Shown here piece after piece: positions 1-10,964 of a DNA stretch of 49,635 bases. The stretch is from Rhodospirillales bacterium. GTDB taxonomy: Bacteria; Pseudomonadota; Alphaproteobacteria; Rhodospirillales; 2-02-FULL-58-16. A model generated the notes under the pieces. The model saw nothing but the letters and a program-made list of their open reading frames with translations. It was not told the DNA's origin and made no database searches. Location: the NCBI GenBank assembly GCA_036012725.1, contig DASCPW010000066.1:1-49635 (forward strand), read 5' to 3'. The position numbers and the translations under genes were made by a program. How positions within the stretch are numbered: position 1 is the stretch's first letter; every line of letters starts with the position of its first letter.

Positions 1-126
1 ATTATGCCAGAGCCTCGGAAAGAGCGGAAATTAACCAGGAACCAACTCTGGCTCCCCCCATGCGACATTGCTCTCACCAGCACCTTCTTCGTCTAGGGCT
101 CCTTTACATCCTTGAAAAGGCGCCAA

Positions 127-670
127 TCAGAATCGCTTCCCGAAGACCGTGAGGCATGCCCGGAAGCCGCTGTCCCGCCAAGAAAAGTAGGTGACGAAGG
201 TGTGCGCCAGGATTAAGAGCGTGATCCCCCAACTCTCACCATTGACGCAATTTGGATCGTCATCAGGAGTTGGGCGAGATAAGTGAAGATGTAGAAAGGA
301 ATCATGCCGACGCGGCGCTGCTGGCGGTAGAACTCACCCACCTCGCCCAAGACACTGGAATAGAGAAACAAACCCAAGGCGGCCGTCATTCCTAGCCACA
401 TCATGACGCGGTTGAGCCGGACCATGCGCGTTCCCAACACCTTGATCCACTCCAGACTGAGTTTCCAGTAGACCATCATCAAGACCGAAGCGGGGAGAAT
501 AGCGGCGCGAAAAACGACACTCTCGGGACCATGGCGGCCGGTGGCGCTGATGGAGGGAAGTAAGGAAAGCACCACGAAACATGGCCTTGATTGGCGGCCA
601 GAATATAGCAAACGTGAACGGCGACCGCTGGTAGCAGGGACGTTACCAATGGAATGACATTCAGTCTCAT
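127..670 (-). pseudogene. Frag1/DRAM/Sfk1-like membrane protein, split over three frames
   Basis: ATG at 670 gives MRLNVIPLVTSLLP..SWCFPYF. A frameshift near 560 leads to SISATGRHGPESVVFRA..IFTYLAQLL with a stop at 213. A third frame gives LILAHTFVTYFSWRDSGF..TGA at 127. The SISATGR motif and several TM helices suggest the family. Confidence 0.6.
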
Positions 671-924
671 CAAGGTCCCTTCCCTAGACACGGTCATCGG
701 GCAATTTCACCAACCACCATGAAACATCTATTTTTAATTTAGACCAGGTGCCGAAGGAAAGGAGGCCATATAAATCTCTTCCGCTGTCGAGGGAAGAGCG
801 GAAGAAAACCGTCGGAACGTCCGCGATACCCCTGAAGAGCCCGTCCACCACAGCGAAGGCGCCCTCCTGCTATTTCAATAGAGCCCTTCATTGGCAAAAG
901 CGGTGCTGAATAACGGGGACGGTT

Positions 925-2805
925 TCACACCTGCGCCGCGTCCCAGTCTTCCTGGACCCTGGCCCAGCGCTCTTCGGCCGCGCTCAGGTCCTTTTCCACC
1001 TGTCCCAACTCCTTTTGCAGGGCGACCATCCTGGACCCGCCGCCCCGGTCCGCATAGAGCGCTGGGGATGCGATGGCGCCCATAAGGTCTTTCTTTCTCG
1101 CTTCCAGCTTTTCGAACTTGGCTTCGGCGCTGGCCAGTTGGCGTTTCAGGTGGGCCACAGCCTGGCGCTGTTTGGCGGCCTCGCGGCGGCGTTCTTTTTT
1201 GTCGTTTCCGGCCGCGCCGGCCGCCGCCTTCGCGCCGTTTTTGCCGTTCCCCGCCAAAAGCGCCCGGTAGTCGTCCATGTCGCCATCAAACGGCGTCACG
1301 GCGCCGTCGGCGACCAGCCAGAAACGATCGGCGGTAAGGGCGATCAGGTGGGGATCGTGGCTGACGATGACGACGGCACCCTCGAAGGCGTTGATCGCCT
1401 GCACCAGCGATTGCCGGGAATTGACGTCGAGATGGTTGGTCGGCTCGTCAAGCAGTAGGATGTGCGGCGCTAGGGAGCTCATCAAGGCGAACAACAAGCG
1501 CGCCTTCTCGCCGCCGGAAAGATCGCCGATTTTGGTCTCGGCCTTGTCGGCGCCGAAACCGAAGCGCCCCAACTGCGCGCGTACCTTGGTTTCGGTGTCG
1601 CGTCGGCGTTTGCGCGTCATCGCGATCAGCGGCGTCGCCGCCAGGTCCAGTTCGTCGGCCTGATGCTGGGCGAAATAACCGACACGCAGCTTGCCTGACT
1701 TGCCGACCTTGCCGGCCATCGGCGCGAGCCGCCCGGCCAACAGCTTTATCAAGGTGGACTTGCCGTTGCCGTTGGCACCGATCAGGGCGATGCGGTCGTC
1801 GTCGTCAAAGCGCAGCGACAGGTTTTCGATCACCGCCGTGCCGTCGTAGCCGACCGCGACATCTTCCGTCGTATAAAGGGGCGAGGCCAACGCCGGTTTC
1901 GGCGTTGGAAAGGTGAAGACAACCGTGCCTTCCTCGCGCTGTTCCGGGATCGGGCGCATGCGCTCCAACATTTTCAAGCGCGATTGCGCTTGCTTCGCCT
2001 TGGTCGCCTTATAGCGGAAACGGTCGACGAATTTCATGATTTGCCGTTTTTGCGCATCTTGCTTGGCGCGCTGTTTCTCATTCTGGGCGAGACGCATGCG
2101 CCGGCTTTCCTCGAAGCGGTCATAGTTGCCGGAATAAAGGGTCAGTTTGCCGTTTTCCAGATGCAGGATTTCCTCGGCCACCCGGTTCAGCAGGTCACGG
2201 TCGTGGCTGACCAGCAGCACGGTGGCCGGATAATGGCGGAGGTGGTTCTCAAGCCACAGCGCCGCCTCGAGATCGAGATGGTTGGTCGGCTCGTCGAGCA
2301 AAAGCAGATCGGGCTCGGTGAACAATAGGGCGGCCAGCGCCACGCGCATGCGCCAGCCGCCGGAAAAGCTGTCGCAGGGGCGCTGTTGCGCGGCCTGGTC
2401 GAAGCCGAGCCCGGCCAGCAGCCGGGAAGCCCGGGCCTGGGCGCGGCTTGCCCCTTTGTCATGCAGGCGGGCATGGATCTCGGCGATGCGCCTGGAATCG
2501 GTCGCGGTTTCGGCCTCGCGGCTGAGCCAGGCCAGTTCCCGGTCGGCGGCGAGGACGATGTTGATCAATTTTTCCGTGCCGTCGGGCGCTTCCTGGCGGG
2601 TGACGCTGATCCGCCACCGCGACGGCACGGAGATGGCACCGGAATCAGGCTCCGCCGCGCCGCTCAACATGCCAAGCAGGGTCGTCTTGCCGGTGCCGTT
2701 ACGGCCGACAAAGCCGACCCGGTGACCCGGATTGACGGTGGCGCTGGCTTCGTTGAACAACAGGCGCGGGCCGATGCGATAGGTGATCTTGTCAAGGCGA
2801 AGCAT
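925..2805 (-). CDS. ABC-F family ATP-binding protein (YheS-like)
   Basis: Two ABC domains (GRNGTGKT, FSGGW, LLLDEPTNHLD; GANGNGKS, LSGGE), no TM segments, C-terminal coiled coil. Likely start ATG 2805 (MLRLDKIT). Confidence 0.92.
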   Translation of the reverse strand: MLRLDKITYRIGPRLLFNEASATVNPGHRVGFVGRNGTGKTTLLGMLSGAAEPDSGAISVPSRWRISVTRQEAPDGTEKLINIVLAADRELAWLSREAETATDSRRIAEIHARLHDKGASRAQARASRLLAGLGFDQAAQQRPCDSFSGGWRMRVALAALLFTEPDLLLLDEPTNHLDLEAALWLENHLRHYPATVLLVSHDRDLLNRVAEEILHLENGKLTLYSGNYDRFEESRRMRLAQNEKQRAKQDAQKRQIMKFVDRFRYKATKAKQAQSRLKMLERMRPIPEQREEGTVVFTFPTPKPALASPLYTTEDVAVGYDGTAVIENLSLRFDDDDRIALIGANGNGKSTLIKLLAGRLAPMAGKVGKSGKLRVGYFAQHQADELDLAATPLIAMTRKRRRDTETKVRAQLGRFGFGADKAETKIGDLSGGEKARLLFALMSSLAPHILLLDEPTNHLDVNSRQSLVQAINAFEGAVVIVSHDPHLIALTADRFWLVADGAVTPFDGDMDDYRALLAGNGKNGAKAAAGAAGNDKKERRREAAKQRQAVAHLKRQLASAEAKFEKLEARKKDLMGAIASPALYADRGGGSRMVALQKELGQVEKDLSAAEERWARVQEDWDAAQV

Positions 2806-2999
2806 GGCAAGGCATGTACCACGTCCGGGGCCGCCCATGAAACAATAAGGGGTTGAGGGGAAATACTCCTTCAGCAGCTGGCGAAAGAGCCGCGCAAGGG
2901 CCGTGCCATGGAAGAAGCAAAGTGGGCGGTTGACGGAAATTCAACATTCAAGACTCGACCCCACCCCTGCCGATCAAATCATTTTTAAACGATTCGAAT

Positions 3000-3407
3000 G
3001 TGGATCGCGGCGCGCAAGAATATAATGACCAGGCGCCGATCATGAAAAGCACCGAGGAATGGCCGGTCATGCGCGATCACGTTACCCGGTCTTGCCAATT
3101 GTTGGACGAGTCCGCGGACGTGACCAAGGGAGCGTTGATCATCGCCCGACAGCATCATGAAAAAATCGACGGCAGCGGTTATCCGAAAGGGCTCAAGGGC
3201 AGTGAGCTGAATGAACTGGCGCGAATATCGGTAATCGTCAATATTTTCGGTGCCTTGACGGATGCGCGATCCTATAAACCGCCGTTTGCGCAGGAAAAGG
3301 CCTTTGCCATATTTGAAGATATGCAGTCCCAGATTGACCAAAACCTGCTCAAAATATTCCGTGCCATCTTTGAACCAGGGTCCGAGCGGACTGAACAGGT
3401 CGGTTGA
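3000..3407 (+). pseudogene. C-terminal fragment of an HD-GYP cyclic-di-GMP phosphodiesterase
   Basis: HHEKIDGSGYPKGL motif present, but the HD(xGK) motif is absent. The usual D-x-x-D-ALT segment reads NIFGALT. Confidence 0.75.
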
Positions 3408-3488
3408 GACAGGCACCTGCCTTTCCGAACAGGCACCTCGTAAACAAGGGGTCAAGACTTGACCTCATGGATGCACGCAGAGCCGCCG

Positions 3489-4562
3489 CTACTCCGGTGG
3501 GGGCAAACCCTCGGGCTCTGCCGGGGCATCGTCACCGATCTGCACGTCCTGGATCTTTTCACCGCGACCGACGATTTTCTTCGCCGAGGTGCCGATCTGG
3601 CTTATGTCCTTGGCCGCCAAGTTGAAGTGGCCTTCCAGGTTTTCCACCCTTTTGTCGAGTCTGGCGACGTCTTCCAGCATTTTCAAGACCTCGACCTGGA
3701 TAACGCCGGCCTGTTCGCGCATGCGGACGTCCTTGAGCACGGCGCGCACCGTGTTCAGGGTCGCCATCAGGGTTGTCGGCGAGACGATCCAGACCTTGGA
3801 GCGATGGGATCTCTCGACAATGCCGGGAAGGCTGGCGTGCAGTTCGGCGTAGACCGCTTCCGAGGGCAGGAACATCAGCGCCGATTCGGCGGTCTCACCG
3901 GGAACGATGTATTTGCCGGCGATATCGCCGACGTGAACCATGATGGCGGCGCCGAACTCGCGCAGAGCTTTTTTTTGTGCCGCTTCGTTTTTTGCCTGGC
4001 GCAAGATGTAATAGCTCTCCAACGGGAATTTGGCGTCGATGACGATGGCGCCGGGCGGGTTTGGCAGCTTAATCAGGCAGTCGGCGCGCTTGCCGTTTGA
4101 AAGGGTCACCTGGGTACCAAAAGCCGAAGGCGGCAAAATGCCGGCGACCAGGTCGTTCAGCTGGATTTCACCGAAAGCCCCGCGCGCCTGCTTGTTGGAG
4201 AGGATATCCTGGAGGCCGACCATCCGCTCGGAAAGGTCGGTGATGTTCTTCTGCGCGGCGTCGATGACGGCAAGGCGTTCATGGAGAGTCCTCAGCCTTT
4301 CGCCGGTCTTTTCCATTTGCTCGGAAAGACTGTCTCCCAAACGCTTGGCGAGGGCATCCAGGCGTTCGTTGACGCCGCTCTGCGCCTGCTCTTGGCGTCC
4401 CACCAATTGGGCTTGCGCCGCCGCCAGATTTTCCGCCGTCTCGGTGAGCCGCGCCAACCGCATGGCGGCCTCGGCGCGAGCCCGCTCGGAGCGCAGCAAG
4501 GCAACCAGGACAATGACGAAAATCGCCGCCGCCGCCGCCAATATGAGAAAAGTCTCGTTCAT
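3489..4562 (-). CDS. rmuC: DNA recombination protein RmuC
   Basis: N-terminal TM and coiled coil, KQARGAFGEIQL, IDAKFPLESY, LMFLPSEAVYAELH, IVSPTTL. Confidence 0.93.
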   Translation of the reverse strand: MNETFLILAAAAAIFVIVLVALLRSERARAEAAMRLARLTETAENLAAAQAQLVGRQEQAQSGVNERLDALAKRLGDSLSEQMEKTGERLRTLHERLAVIDAAQKNITDLSERMVGLQDILSNKQARGAFGEIQLNDLVAGILPPSAFGTQVTLSNGKRADCLIKLPNPPGAIVIDAKFPLESYYILRQAKNEAAQKKALREFGAAIMVHVGDIAGKYIVPGETAESALMFLPSEAVYAELHASLPGIVERSHRSKVWIVSPTTLMATLNTVRAVLKDVRMREQAGVIQVEVLKMLEDVARLDKRVENLEGHFNLAAKDISQIGTSAKKIVGRGEKIQDVQIGDDAPAEPEGLPPPE

Positions 4563-4783
4563 GCCCGCCGGCGGTTCTCGCTAATCGCCCAGGCCAGCGC
4601 CGTCAGCGAGGCGACGCCGAGAAGACTCTGCCAAATCAAGATTTGCACCGTTTCCCTGTGGATGAGGTTGGCCACTATAATGGAGACGGCGGCGACTTCC
4701 TATCTTTCCTATCCTTGACCGCGACGGGCCGAGGCCATATGTGAATCCGGCGCCAACCCTATGCGAGGCATTTAAAAATACCC

Positions 4784-5305
4784 ATGGCCGTTCTGCCCAT
4801 CATCATCGCCCCCGACCCCCGCTTGAAAGCCGCCTGTGAAGCGGTGGAGAAAGTCGATGGCGAAATCGCCACGCTCATGGATGACTTGCTGAAAAGCATG
4901 TGCGCGGCGCCTGGCATCGGCTTGTCGGCGCCGCAGGTAGGCGTTCTCAAACGGGTCATCGTCGTCGACACGGCCGGCCGGGAGGAGCAGCCGAGGTCGC
5001 TCATGATAGCCAATCCCGAGATCACCTGGGTCTCGGAAGAAGTGATCGACGATGAAGAAGGCTGCCTGTCGTTTCCCGAGCACTACGCCGATGTCGCCCG
5101 CCCGGCACGGATCAAGATGCGTTACCTGGATCGCGGCAACGCCTTGCAAGAGATCGAGGCCGATGGTCTGCTGGCCAGATGCCTTCTCCACGAAATCGAT
5201 CATTTGGACGGGGTTCTGTTCGTCGATCATATCTCTTTTTTGAAACGCAACATGATCCTCCGCAAGCTGGTCAAGATGAAGAAACTGGAAGAGGCCGCCG
5301 TTTAG
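4784..5305 (+). CDS. def: Peptide deformylase
   Basis: GIGLSAPQ, EGCLS and HEIDHLDG motifs; directly upstream of fmt. Confidence 0.96.
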   Translation: MAVLPIIIAPDPRLKAACEAVEKVDGEIATLMDDLLKSMCAAPGIGLSAPQVGVLKRVIVVDTAGREEQPRSLMIANPEITWVSEEVIDDEEGCLSFPEHYADVARPARIKMRYLDRGNALQEIEADGLLARCLLHEIDHLDGVLFVDHISFLKRNMILRKLVKMKKLEEAAV

Positions 5306-5319
5306 GCGGTGCCGCCGCC

Positions 5320-6261
5320 ATGCCCCCCCTGCGCCTAGTTTTCATGGCAAGCGCCGACTTCGCGCTACCCGCCCTCGGCGCCCTGCTGGAGGCCGGGCAC
5401 CAGGTCGCTTGCGTCTATTCGCAACCGCCCCGGCCGGCCGGACGCGGCCACCGGCAACGGCCGATGCGGGTACATGCTTTCGCCGAGGAAAAGGGCATTT
5501 CGGTGCGCACGCCGAAGTCTCTGGACGGCAAGGACGAACAAGCCGCCTTCAGGGCGCTCGCCATCGACGCCGCCGTCGTCGCCGCATACGGCCTGATCCT
5601 GCCGGCGCCCATCCTCGAGGCGCCCCGGCTCGGCTGCCTCAATATTCATGCCTCGCTGCTGCCGCGCTGGCGCGGGGCGGCGCCGATTGAGCGGACGATC
5701 ATCGCCGGCGACGAGCTATCCGGCGTCACCATCATAAAAATGGATGAAGGCCTGGACAGCGGGCCGATGATCTTGGCCGAGAGCGTTCCTCTCACCGCCG
5801 AGACGACGGCCGGGGGCTTGCGCGATACCTTGGGCGGGCTCGGTGCGCGGCTGATCCTCAAAGCCCTGGACGGCCTCAACGAAGGACGCCTGACAGCGGC
5901 GCCGCAACCGCCGGAAGGCGTCACCCATGCCCCTAAACTGGACCGCCGCGAAGGCCGCTTGTTGTGGTCGCGGCCGGCGGTGGAACTGGAGCGCCTGGTC
6001 CGGGCGCTGACCCCTCGGCCCGGCGTCTGGTTCGAACATCAAGGGGAGCGCGTCAAGGTGCTGGCGGCGCAAGTTGCGGCGGTGGCGGCAAAAGCCCCTC
6101 CCGGCACCGTTCTCGACGACCGGCTCGCCGTCGCCTGTGGCGGGGCGGCGGAACAAGGGGCGCTCAGGCTTGTCCGGGTGCAGCGCGCCGGCAGGAAAGC
6201 GGCGGCGGCCGAGGATTTCGTGCGCGGCTACCCTTTGCCGCCAGGCAGCCGGCTATCGTGA
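5320..6261 (+). CDS. fmt: Methionyl-tRNA formyltransferase
   Basis: VYSQPPRPAGRG, AAYGLILP, NIHASLLPRWRGAAPI, MDEGLDSG. Start ATG 5320. Confidence 0.95.
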   Translation: MPPLRLVFMASADFALPALGALLEAGHQVACVYSQPPRPAGRGHRQRPMRVHAFAEEKGISVRTPKSLDGKDEQAAFRALAIDAAVVAAYGLILPAPILEAPRLGCLNIHASLLPRWRGAAPIERTIIAGDELSGVTIIKMDEGLDSGPMILAESVPLTAETTAGGLRDTLGGLGARLILKALDGLNEGRLTAAPQPPEGVTHAPKLDRREGRLLWSRPAVELERLVRALTPRPGVWFEHQGERVKVLAAQVAAVAAKAPPGTVLDDRLAVACGGAAEQGALRLVRVQRAGRKAAAAEDFVRGYPLPPGSRLS

Positions 6262-7326
6262 ACGAAGCCGCCCGCCTGGTGCCCCTCGGTCCAGGTCCGG
6301 CAACGGCGGCGCCGATCTCTCGATCGCACGAAACTTTTCGATGCCCTGTTTCATGTCCGAGAAAATGAATTCGGAGCGTTTCACCGGTCCGCCCGAATCC
6401 GGGGTCTGGAACAAGCGGTGCCAAGCGTCAAACTTGACGCTGAGCGAGCAAAGCTCGCCGCCGATGGTGGTGTGGAAGCTCTCGATCATATCTTCCACCT
6501 GGTGGAAGCGCTCGGCGGAGATGTTGTCCCACATGTCCTGGGTGGAGCGGTCGAAAAACTTGAAGCGCCTGGTGATGGTGGTAAAAAGCTTGTTGAAGAT
6601 GGTCTCCATCCGTTCACAAGTTCTTACCAGGTTGGCATCGGTTTTAAGTTGCCAACTCCCCTTGATCTCGTTCAATGATCTCAGGAACTCCTCGATGACC
6701 GGCCCGACCTGGTCCAGGCATTGCCGGTAGTAGGAAAAGGACAGGAATATATCGCCGTAATCCTCCAGGAACCTGGGCACCTCTTCCAGCTTGATGTCCA
6801 GATTGCCGGCCATGATCTGCAGCTTTTCCCGGGCTTTTTTGATGTCCGGCTCGCGGAACAGGGCAACGATGTCGGCGAAGTTCTGTATCTCCACGTCGCT
6901 ATCGCCATAAATTTCCATGATCAACGGATGGGTGAAAGTGGTTATGTAATCTTTCAGTTCCCGGGCCTTGCCTTCCGACAATTTGAGAGATTCGACGTTA
7001 TTTACGTCAATGCCGTGTTGGCGGAGCGCAATGCGCAAGGAATAGACATCGTAACTGGACAGCTCGCCCAGCTTTTTCATGAGGATAAGGTCGGGATGGC
7101 TCGGTGATTGTGGCCAGTCGAATTGCCCGCCCAGGGCACCGATCTCCACTTGCCCGCTGCCGGCGTAGATGTCGTCGAAAAATTAGATGATGCTTTCAAG
7201 GCAGGCATTTTTGATCAGCCGCGCCCTTTGCAAGACCTTCGTTTCGACGGGCAGGATGGACAAGGGGAGGATATGCAGGGAATCCCTATCGACATTGCTG
7301 ATTGCCGCCGATTCCTACTCGCTCAT
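6253..7326 (-). pseudogene. Conserved hypothetical protein (about 357 codons) with two in-frame nonsense codons
   Basis: One frame runs from ATG 7326: MSE*ESAAISNVDRDSLHILPLSILPVETKVLQRARLIKNACLESII*FFDD..., continuing into ORF 6253..7149. Stops are TAG at 7315-7317 and TAA at 7183-7185. Confidence 0.75.
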
Positions 7327-7441
7327 TGCCTGCTTGCGTCCACTGATTTGGGGTCGGCGCGCCGACGGCCTCAGAATGGGGAAAACAACTTAGCAAATTA
7401 ATCCGCCGCCGAAAGCCCCGAATTAGTACAGTACCGAGCTC

Positions 7442-8179
7442 ATGCCCCGTTACAAGATCACCGTCGAATACGACGGCAGCGGTTTCGTCGGCTGGCAACG
7501 CCAGAAAAACGGCCTCGCCGTTCAGCAGGTGCTCGAGGAAGCCATTGCCGGGTTCTCGGGCGAGACCGTCACCCTGTATGCCGCCGGACGGACCGATGCC
7601 GGCGTCCACGCCCTGGGTCAGGTTGCCCATTTCGACTTGCCAAGGGAGTTCGCCACGGACACCGTCCGCGACGCCATCAATTTCCACGTCAAACCGGCGC
7701 CGGTGGCGGTGCTCAAGGCCGAGCCGGCCAAACCCGGTTTCGACGCTCGCCGGTCGGCCCACCAGCGCCGCTATCTCTACCGCCTCTGCAACCGCCGGGC
7801 GGAGCCAGTTCTGGAACGCAAGCGCGCCTGGTGGGTGGCCACGCCCCTTGACTGGGCGGCGATGGCGGAGGCGGCGCGGGTGCTGACGGGCAAGCATGAC
7901 TTCACCACCTTCCGTGCCATCAATTGCCAGGCCGCCTCTCCGGTCAAGACCCTGGACGAGCTCGGCGTCGGCCGCGACGGCGATTTCATTTTCATCCGGG
8001 CCCACGCCAAGTCCTTCATGCACCACCAGGTACGCAACATCGTCGGCACCCTGAAACTGGTCGGCGAAGGCAAGTGGACGGCCGGCGGCGTGACGGCGGC
8101 GCTAGAGGCTCGCGACCGCGCCCGTGGCGGCCCGACGGCGCCGCCGGAAGGTCTCTACTTGGTGGGAGTGTTGTACTGA
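7442..8179 (+). CDS. truA: tRNA pseudouridine(38-40) synthase
   Basis: [46 protein letters not shown]. Confidence 0.96.
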   Translation: MPRYKITVEYDGSGFVGWQRQKNGLAVQQVLEEAIAGFSGETVTLYAAGRTDAGVHALGQVAHFDLPREFATDTVRDAINFHVKPAPVAVLKAEPAKPGFDARRSAHQRRYLYRLCNRRAEPVLERKRAWWVATPLDWAAMAEAARVLTGKHDFTTFRAINCQAASPVKTLDELGVGRDGDFIFIRAHAKSFMHHQVRNIVGTLKLVGEGKWTAGGVTAALEARDRARGGPTAPPEGLYLVGVLY

Positions 8180-8194
8180 TGCGGCTAGCGGCGG

Positions 8195-8761
8195 TCACAG
8201 CAATCCCTCGGCGAAGCCGTTAATGAGGATGCTGAACAGCAGGTCGAGGGTAACCACGCCGCCGGCGGTGGCGGCCGGCACGTCCAGGGCGACACGGGTG
8301 ATGAACCAAGTATAGGCGAGGATCACGGCAAAGACGAAAAGGCCGAAAAGATTGGCCGCTTGCTGCGGCAGGACCCCCGTCACCATCAGGATTGCCAGCG
8401 GCAGATAGACGGCGTTCTGGAGCACGGCCGCCCAATTATACGCTGTCAGGTAACGTAAATAATTTTTTTCCCGGTCCAGAAACAAGACCACCGTCAGCAT
8501 GACCACGGGAAAGGCGAACCAGGACATGACATAAGCGATGGCCTCCACGGATGCGAACCGCGTGGGCTGGACCGCCACCTCGCCCGCCGCGTAGCGCAGG
8601 TACAACAATAAGCCGTAGAAAGGGGCGATGATGACGGCGGCGTAAAAAGAGCGCCAGAACCCTTCCAAGGAAGTATTGAAAAAAGTCATGCCGGCGGCGT
8701 CGAAACGGGCCAGCCGGCAGGCGCCGTAAAGAGAGGCGGAGGCCTCCCGCATCGTCAACAT
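8195..8761 (-). CDS. Conserved hypothetical membrane protein
   Basis: 188 aa with about 5 hydrophobic segments; overlaps the dapE stop; GFWRSF and AYNW motifs. Confidence 0.8.
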   Translation of the reverse strand: MLTMREASASLYGACRLARFDAAGMTFFNTSLEGFWRSFYAAVIIAPFYGLLLYLRYAAGEVAVQPTRFASVEAIAYVMSWFAFPVVMLTVVLFLDREKNYLRYLTAYNWAAVLQNAVYLPLAILMVTGVLPQQAANLFGLFVFAVILAYTWFITRVALDVPAATAGGVVTLDLLFSILINGFAEGLL

Positions 8762-9939
8762 CGGTTTTTCCGCGCTTCCGCCGCTTCCTTGGCGAAGTAC
8801 CTTTCGAGCAGGGCTTGGTAGATTTCGGCCAGGGATCGGATGTCGGCGACGGCGACATTCTCGTCAACCTTGTGCGCGGTCTCACCGATAAGTCCAAATT
8901 CGGCGACCAGGCAATAATCTTTGATGAAGCGGGCGTCAGAGGTGCCGCCGGTGGTGCTCAGTTCCGGCCGCCGGCCGGTAACCTCCTCGACGGCGGCGGC
9001 AACAACATCGCTTAACGGACCCGGCGGGGCGAGGAAGGCTTCGCCATTGATCTCGACGCTCAGCTCGAAATCGCCGCCGACAGACTCGCAACATTTCCTG
9101 ATCCACGCTTCCAGGCCGTCGCCATGGTGGCGATTGTTAAAACGAATGTTGAACGCCGCCGCCGCCCTAGCGGGAATGATGTTGGTGGCCGGGTTGCCGA
9201 CGTCGATGGTTGTGATCTCCACCGTCGATGGCTGGAAATGGTCGTTGCCGTTATCAAGGGGCGCCTCGTTGATGGCGGCAAGCATCCGCAACAGCCGGGG
9301 GATGGGATTGTCGGCCAGATCGGGATAGGCGGAGTGCCCTTGCGTCCCCGGCACGCAGAGGTGTCCGTTGAGGCTGCCCCGGCGGCCGATCTTGATCATC
9401 TCGCCAAGGGCGCGCGGGTTGGTGGGTTCGCCGACCAGGCAAGCGTCGATAACCTCGCCGTTCTCCCGCATCCATTTCAGCACCTTGGCCGTGCCGTTGA
9501 TGGACGGCCCCTCCTCGTCGCCGGTGATGAGCATGCTGATGGAACCACCGAAATTACCACCGGCGGCGGCCAGGAAACGGCCGGCGGCGGCGGCGAAACA
9601 AGCGATGGCGCATTTCATGTCGGCGGCGCCGCGGCCGTAAAGCCGGCCGTTTTCGATGCCGGCGCCGAAAGGATCATGGCTCCATTGGGCGGCGTCGCCG
9701 GCCGGCACCACGTCGGTATGGCCGGCAAAGCAAAAATGGGGCGCGCCGGTGCCAAGGCGGGCATAAAGGTTATCCACGTCCGCCGTGCCGGCCTCGGAAA
9801 AGGGCAGCCTGCGGCAGTTAAATCCAAGCCCCCGCAAAGCCCCTTGCACGACGTCAAGGGCGCCGCCGTCCTCGGGCGTGACGCTGGCGCAGCGGATCAG
9901 CGCTTGGCTCAGTTCAATCGGATCGATGTCCTGGGTCAT
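8755..9939 (-). CDS. dapE: Succinyl-diaminopimelate desuccinylase
   Basis: [46 protein letters not shown]. Confidence 0.96.
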   Translation of the reverse strand: MTQDIDPIELSQALIRCASVTPEDGGALDVVQGALRGLGFNCRRLPFSEAGTADVDNLYARLGTGAPHFCFAGHTDVVPAGDAAQWSHDPFGAGIENGRLYGRGAADMKCAIACFAAAAGRFLAAAGGNFGGSISMLITGDEEGPSINGTAKVLKWMRENGEVIDACLVGEPTNPRALGEMIKIGRRGSLNGHLCVPGTQGHSAYPDLADNPIPRLLRMLAAINEAPLDNGNDHFQPSTVEITTIDVGNPATNIIPARAAAAFNIRFNNRHHGDGLEAWIRKCCESVGGDFELSVEINGEAFLAPPGPLSDVVAAAVEEVTGRRPELSTTGGTSDARFIKDYCLVAEFGLIGETAHKVDENVAVADIRSLAEIYQALLERYFAKEAAEARKNRC

Positions 9940-9965
9940 TCGGCTTCCGGCGAAAGGCTCTAGGT

Positions 9966-10018
9966 CTAGTGGTCCAAATCCGACATATGGTACTCATACG
10001 ACGGATTTGGACCACTAG
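9966..10018. repeat. 53-bp CTAG-bounded palindromic element
   Basis: Perfect 17-bp arms ctagtggtccaaatccg (9966-9982) and cggatttggaccactag (10002-10018). Confidence 0.85.
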
Positions 10019-10860
10019 TCCCTGAGCAACTCGTTGATGGATGTTTTCGAACGGGTTCTTTCGTCCACCGTTTTGACGATGACGGCACAATAGAGATTGG
10101 GACCCGGCGAGCCGTCCGATAGCGGCCTGCCGGGCAAGGCGCCGGGCACCACCACCGAATAGGCCGGCACCCGTCCGAAATGAATTTCGCCGCTGGCTCT
10201 GTCGACGATCTTGGTCGAGGCACCAATGAAAACGCCCATCGACAAGACCGAACCTTCCTCGACGATAACCCCTTCGGCGACTTCGGAGCGCGCCCCGATG
10301 AAGCAGTTATCCTCAACGATCACCGGCCCGGCTTGCAAGGGCTCGAGAACACCGCCGATGCCGACGCCGCCGGAAATGTGGCAATCCTTGCCGATTTGCG
10401 CGCAAGAGCCGATGGTTACCCAGGTATCTACCATGGTGCCGCCGCCCACATAGGCGCCCAAGTTGATGAAACTCGGCATCAACACCGCGCCGGGCGCGAT
10501 ATAGGCCGAGCGTCGGACAACGCAATGGGGAACGGCGCGGAACCCCGCTTGCCGGAAACGCGCCTCGTCCCAGCCGGCAAATTTTGACGGAATCTTGTCG
10601 AACCAGGACGCCGCCGCCGGACCTCCGGAAATGGTTTCCATATCGTTGAGGCGAAACGACAGTAGCACCGCCTTCTTGAGCCATTGATTGACTTTCCAGT
10701 CGCCAAGCACGCGCCGTTCGGCGACCCGGGCCTGGCCACTATCGAGAAGGTCTAGAGCCGTCCCGACGGCGTCACGTACGTCTCCTTGGCCGGAGGGAGT
10801 AATGGTGTCGCGCCCTTCCCAGGCGGCGTCGATGGTGGCTTGTAGGTCGGCGATGTTCAT
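10015..10860 (-). CDS. dapD: Tetrahydrodipicolinate N-succinyltransferase
   Basis: [47 protein letters not shown]. Start ATG 10860. Confidence 0.97.
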   Translation of the reverse strand: MNIADLQATIDAAWEGRDTITPSGQGDVRDAVGTALDLLDSGQARVAERRVLGDWKVNQWLKKAVLLSFRLNDMETISGGPAAASWFDKIPSKFAGWDEARFRQAGFRAVPHCVVRRSAYIAPGAVLMPSFINLGAYVGGGTMVDTWVTIGSCAQIGKDCHISGGVGIGGVLEPLQAGPVIVEDNCFIGARSEVAEGVIVEEGSVLSMGVFIGASTKIVDRASGEIHFGRVPAYSVVVPGALPGRPLSDGSPGPNLYCAVIVKTVDERTRSKTSINELLRD

Positions 10861-10964
10861 GATGAACTCCCCAAACAGGCTCTTAGATAAAATTTTCGAT
10901 ACGCGGCCTGGAAGATGGGCTAGGCGAAGCGGCCTGTCAACGATGACAAGAGGGTCAAGCCGGC

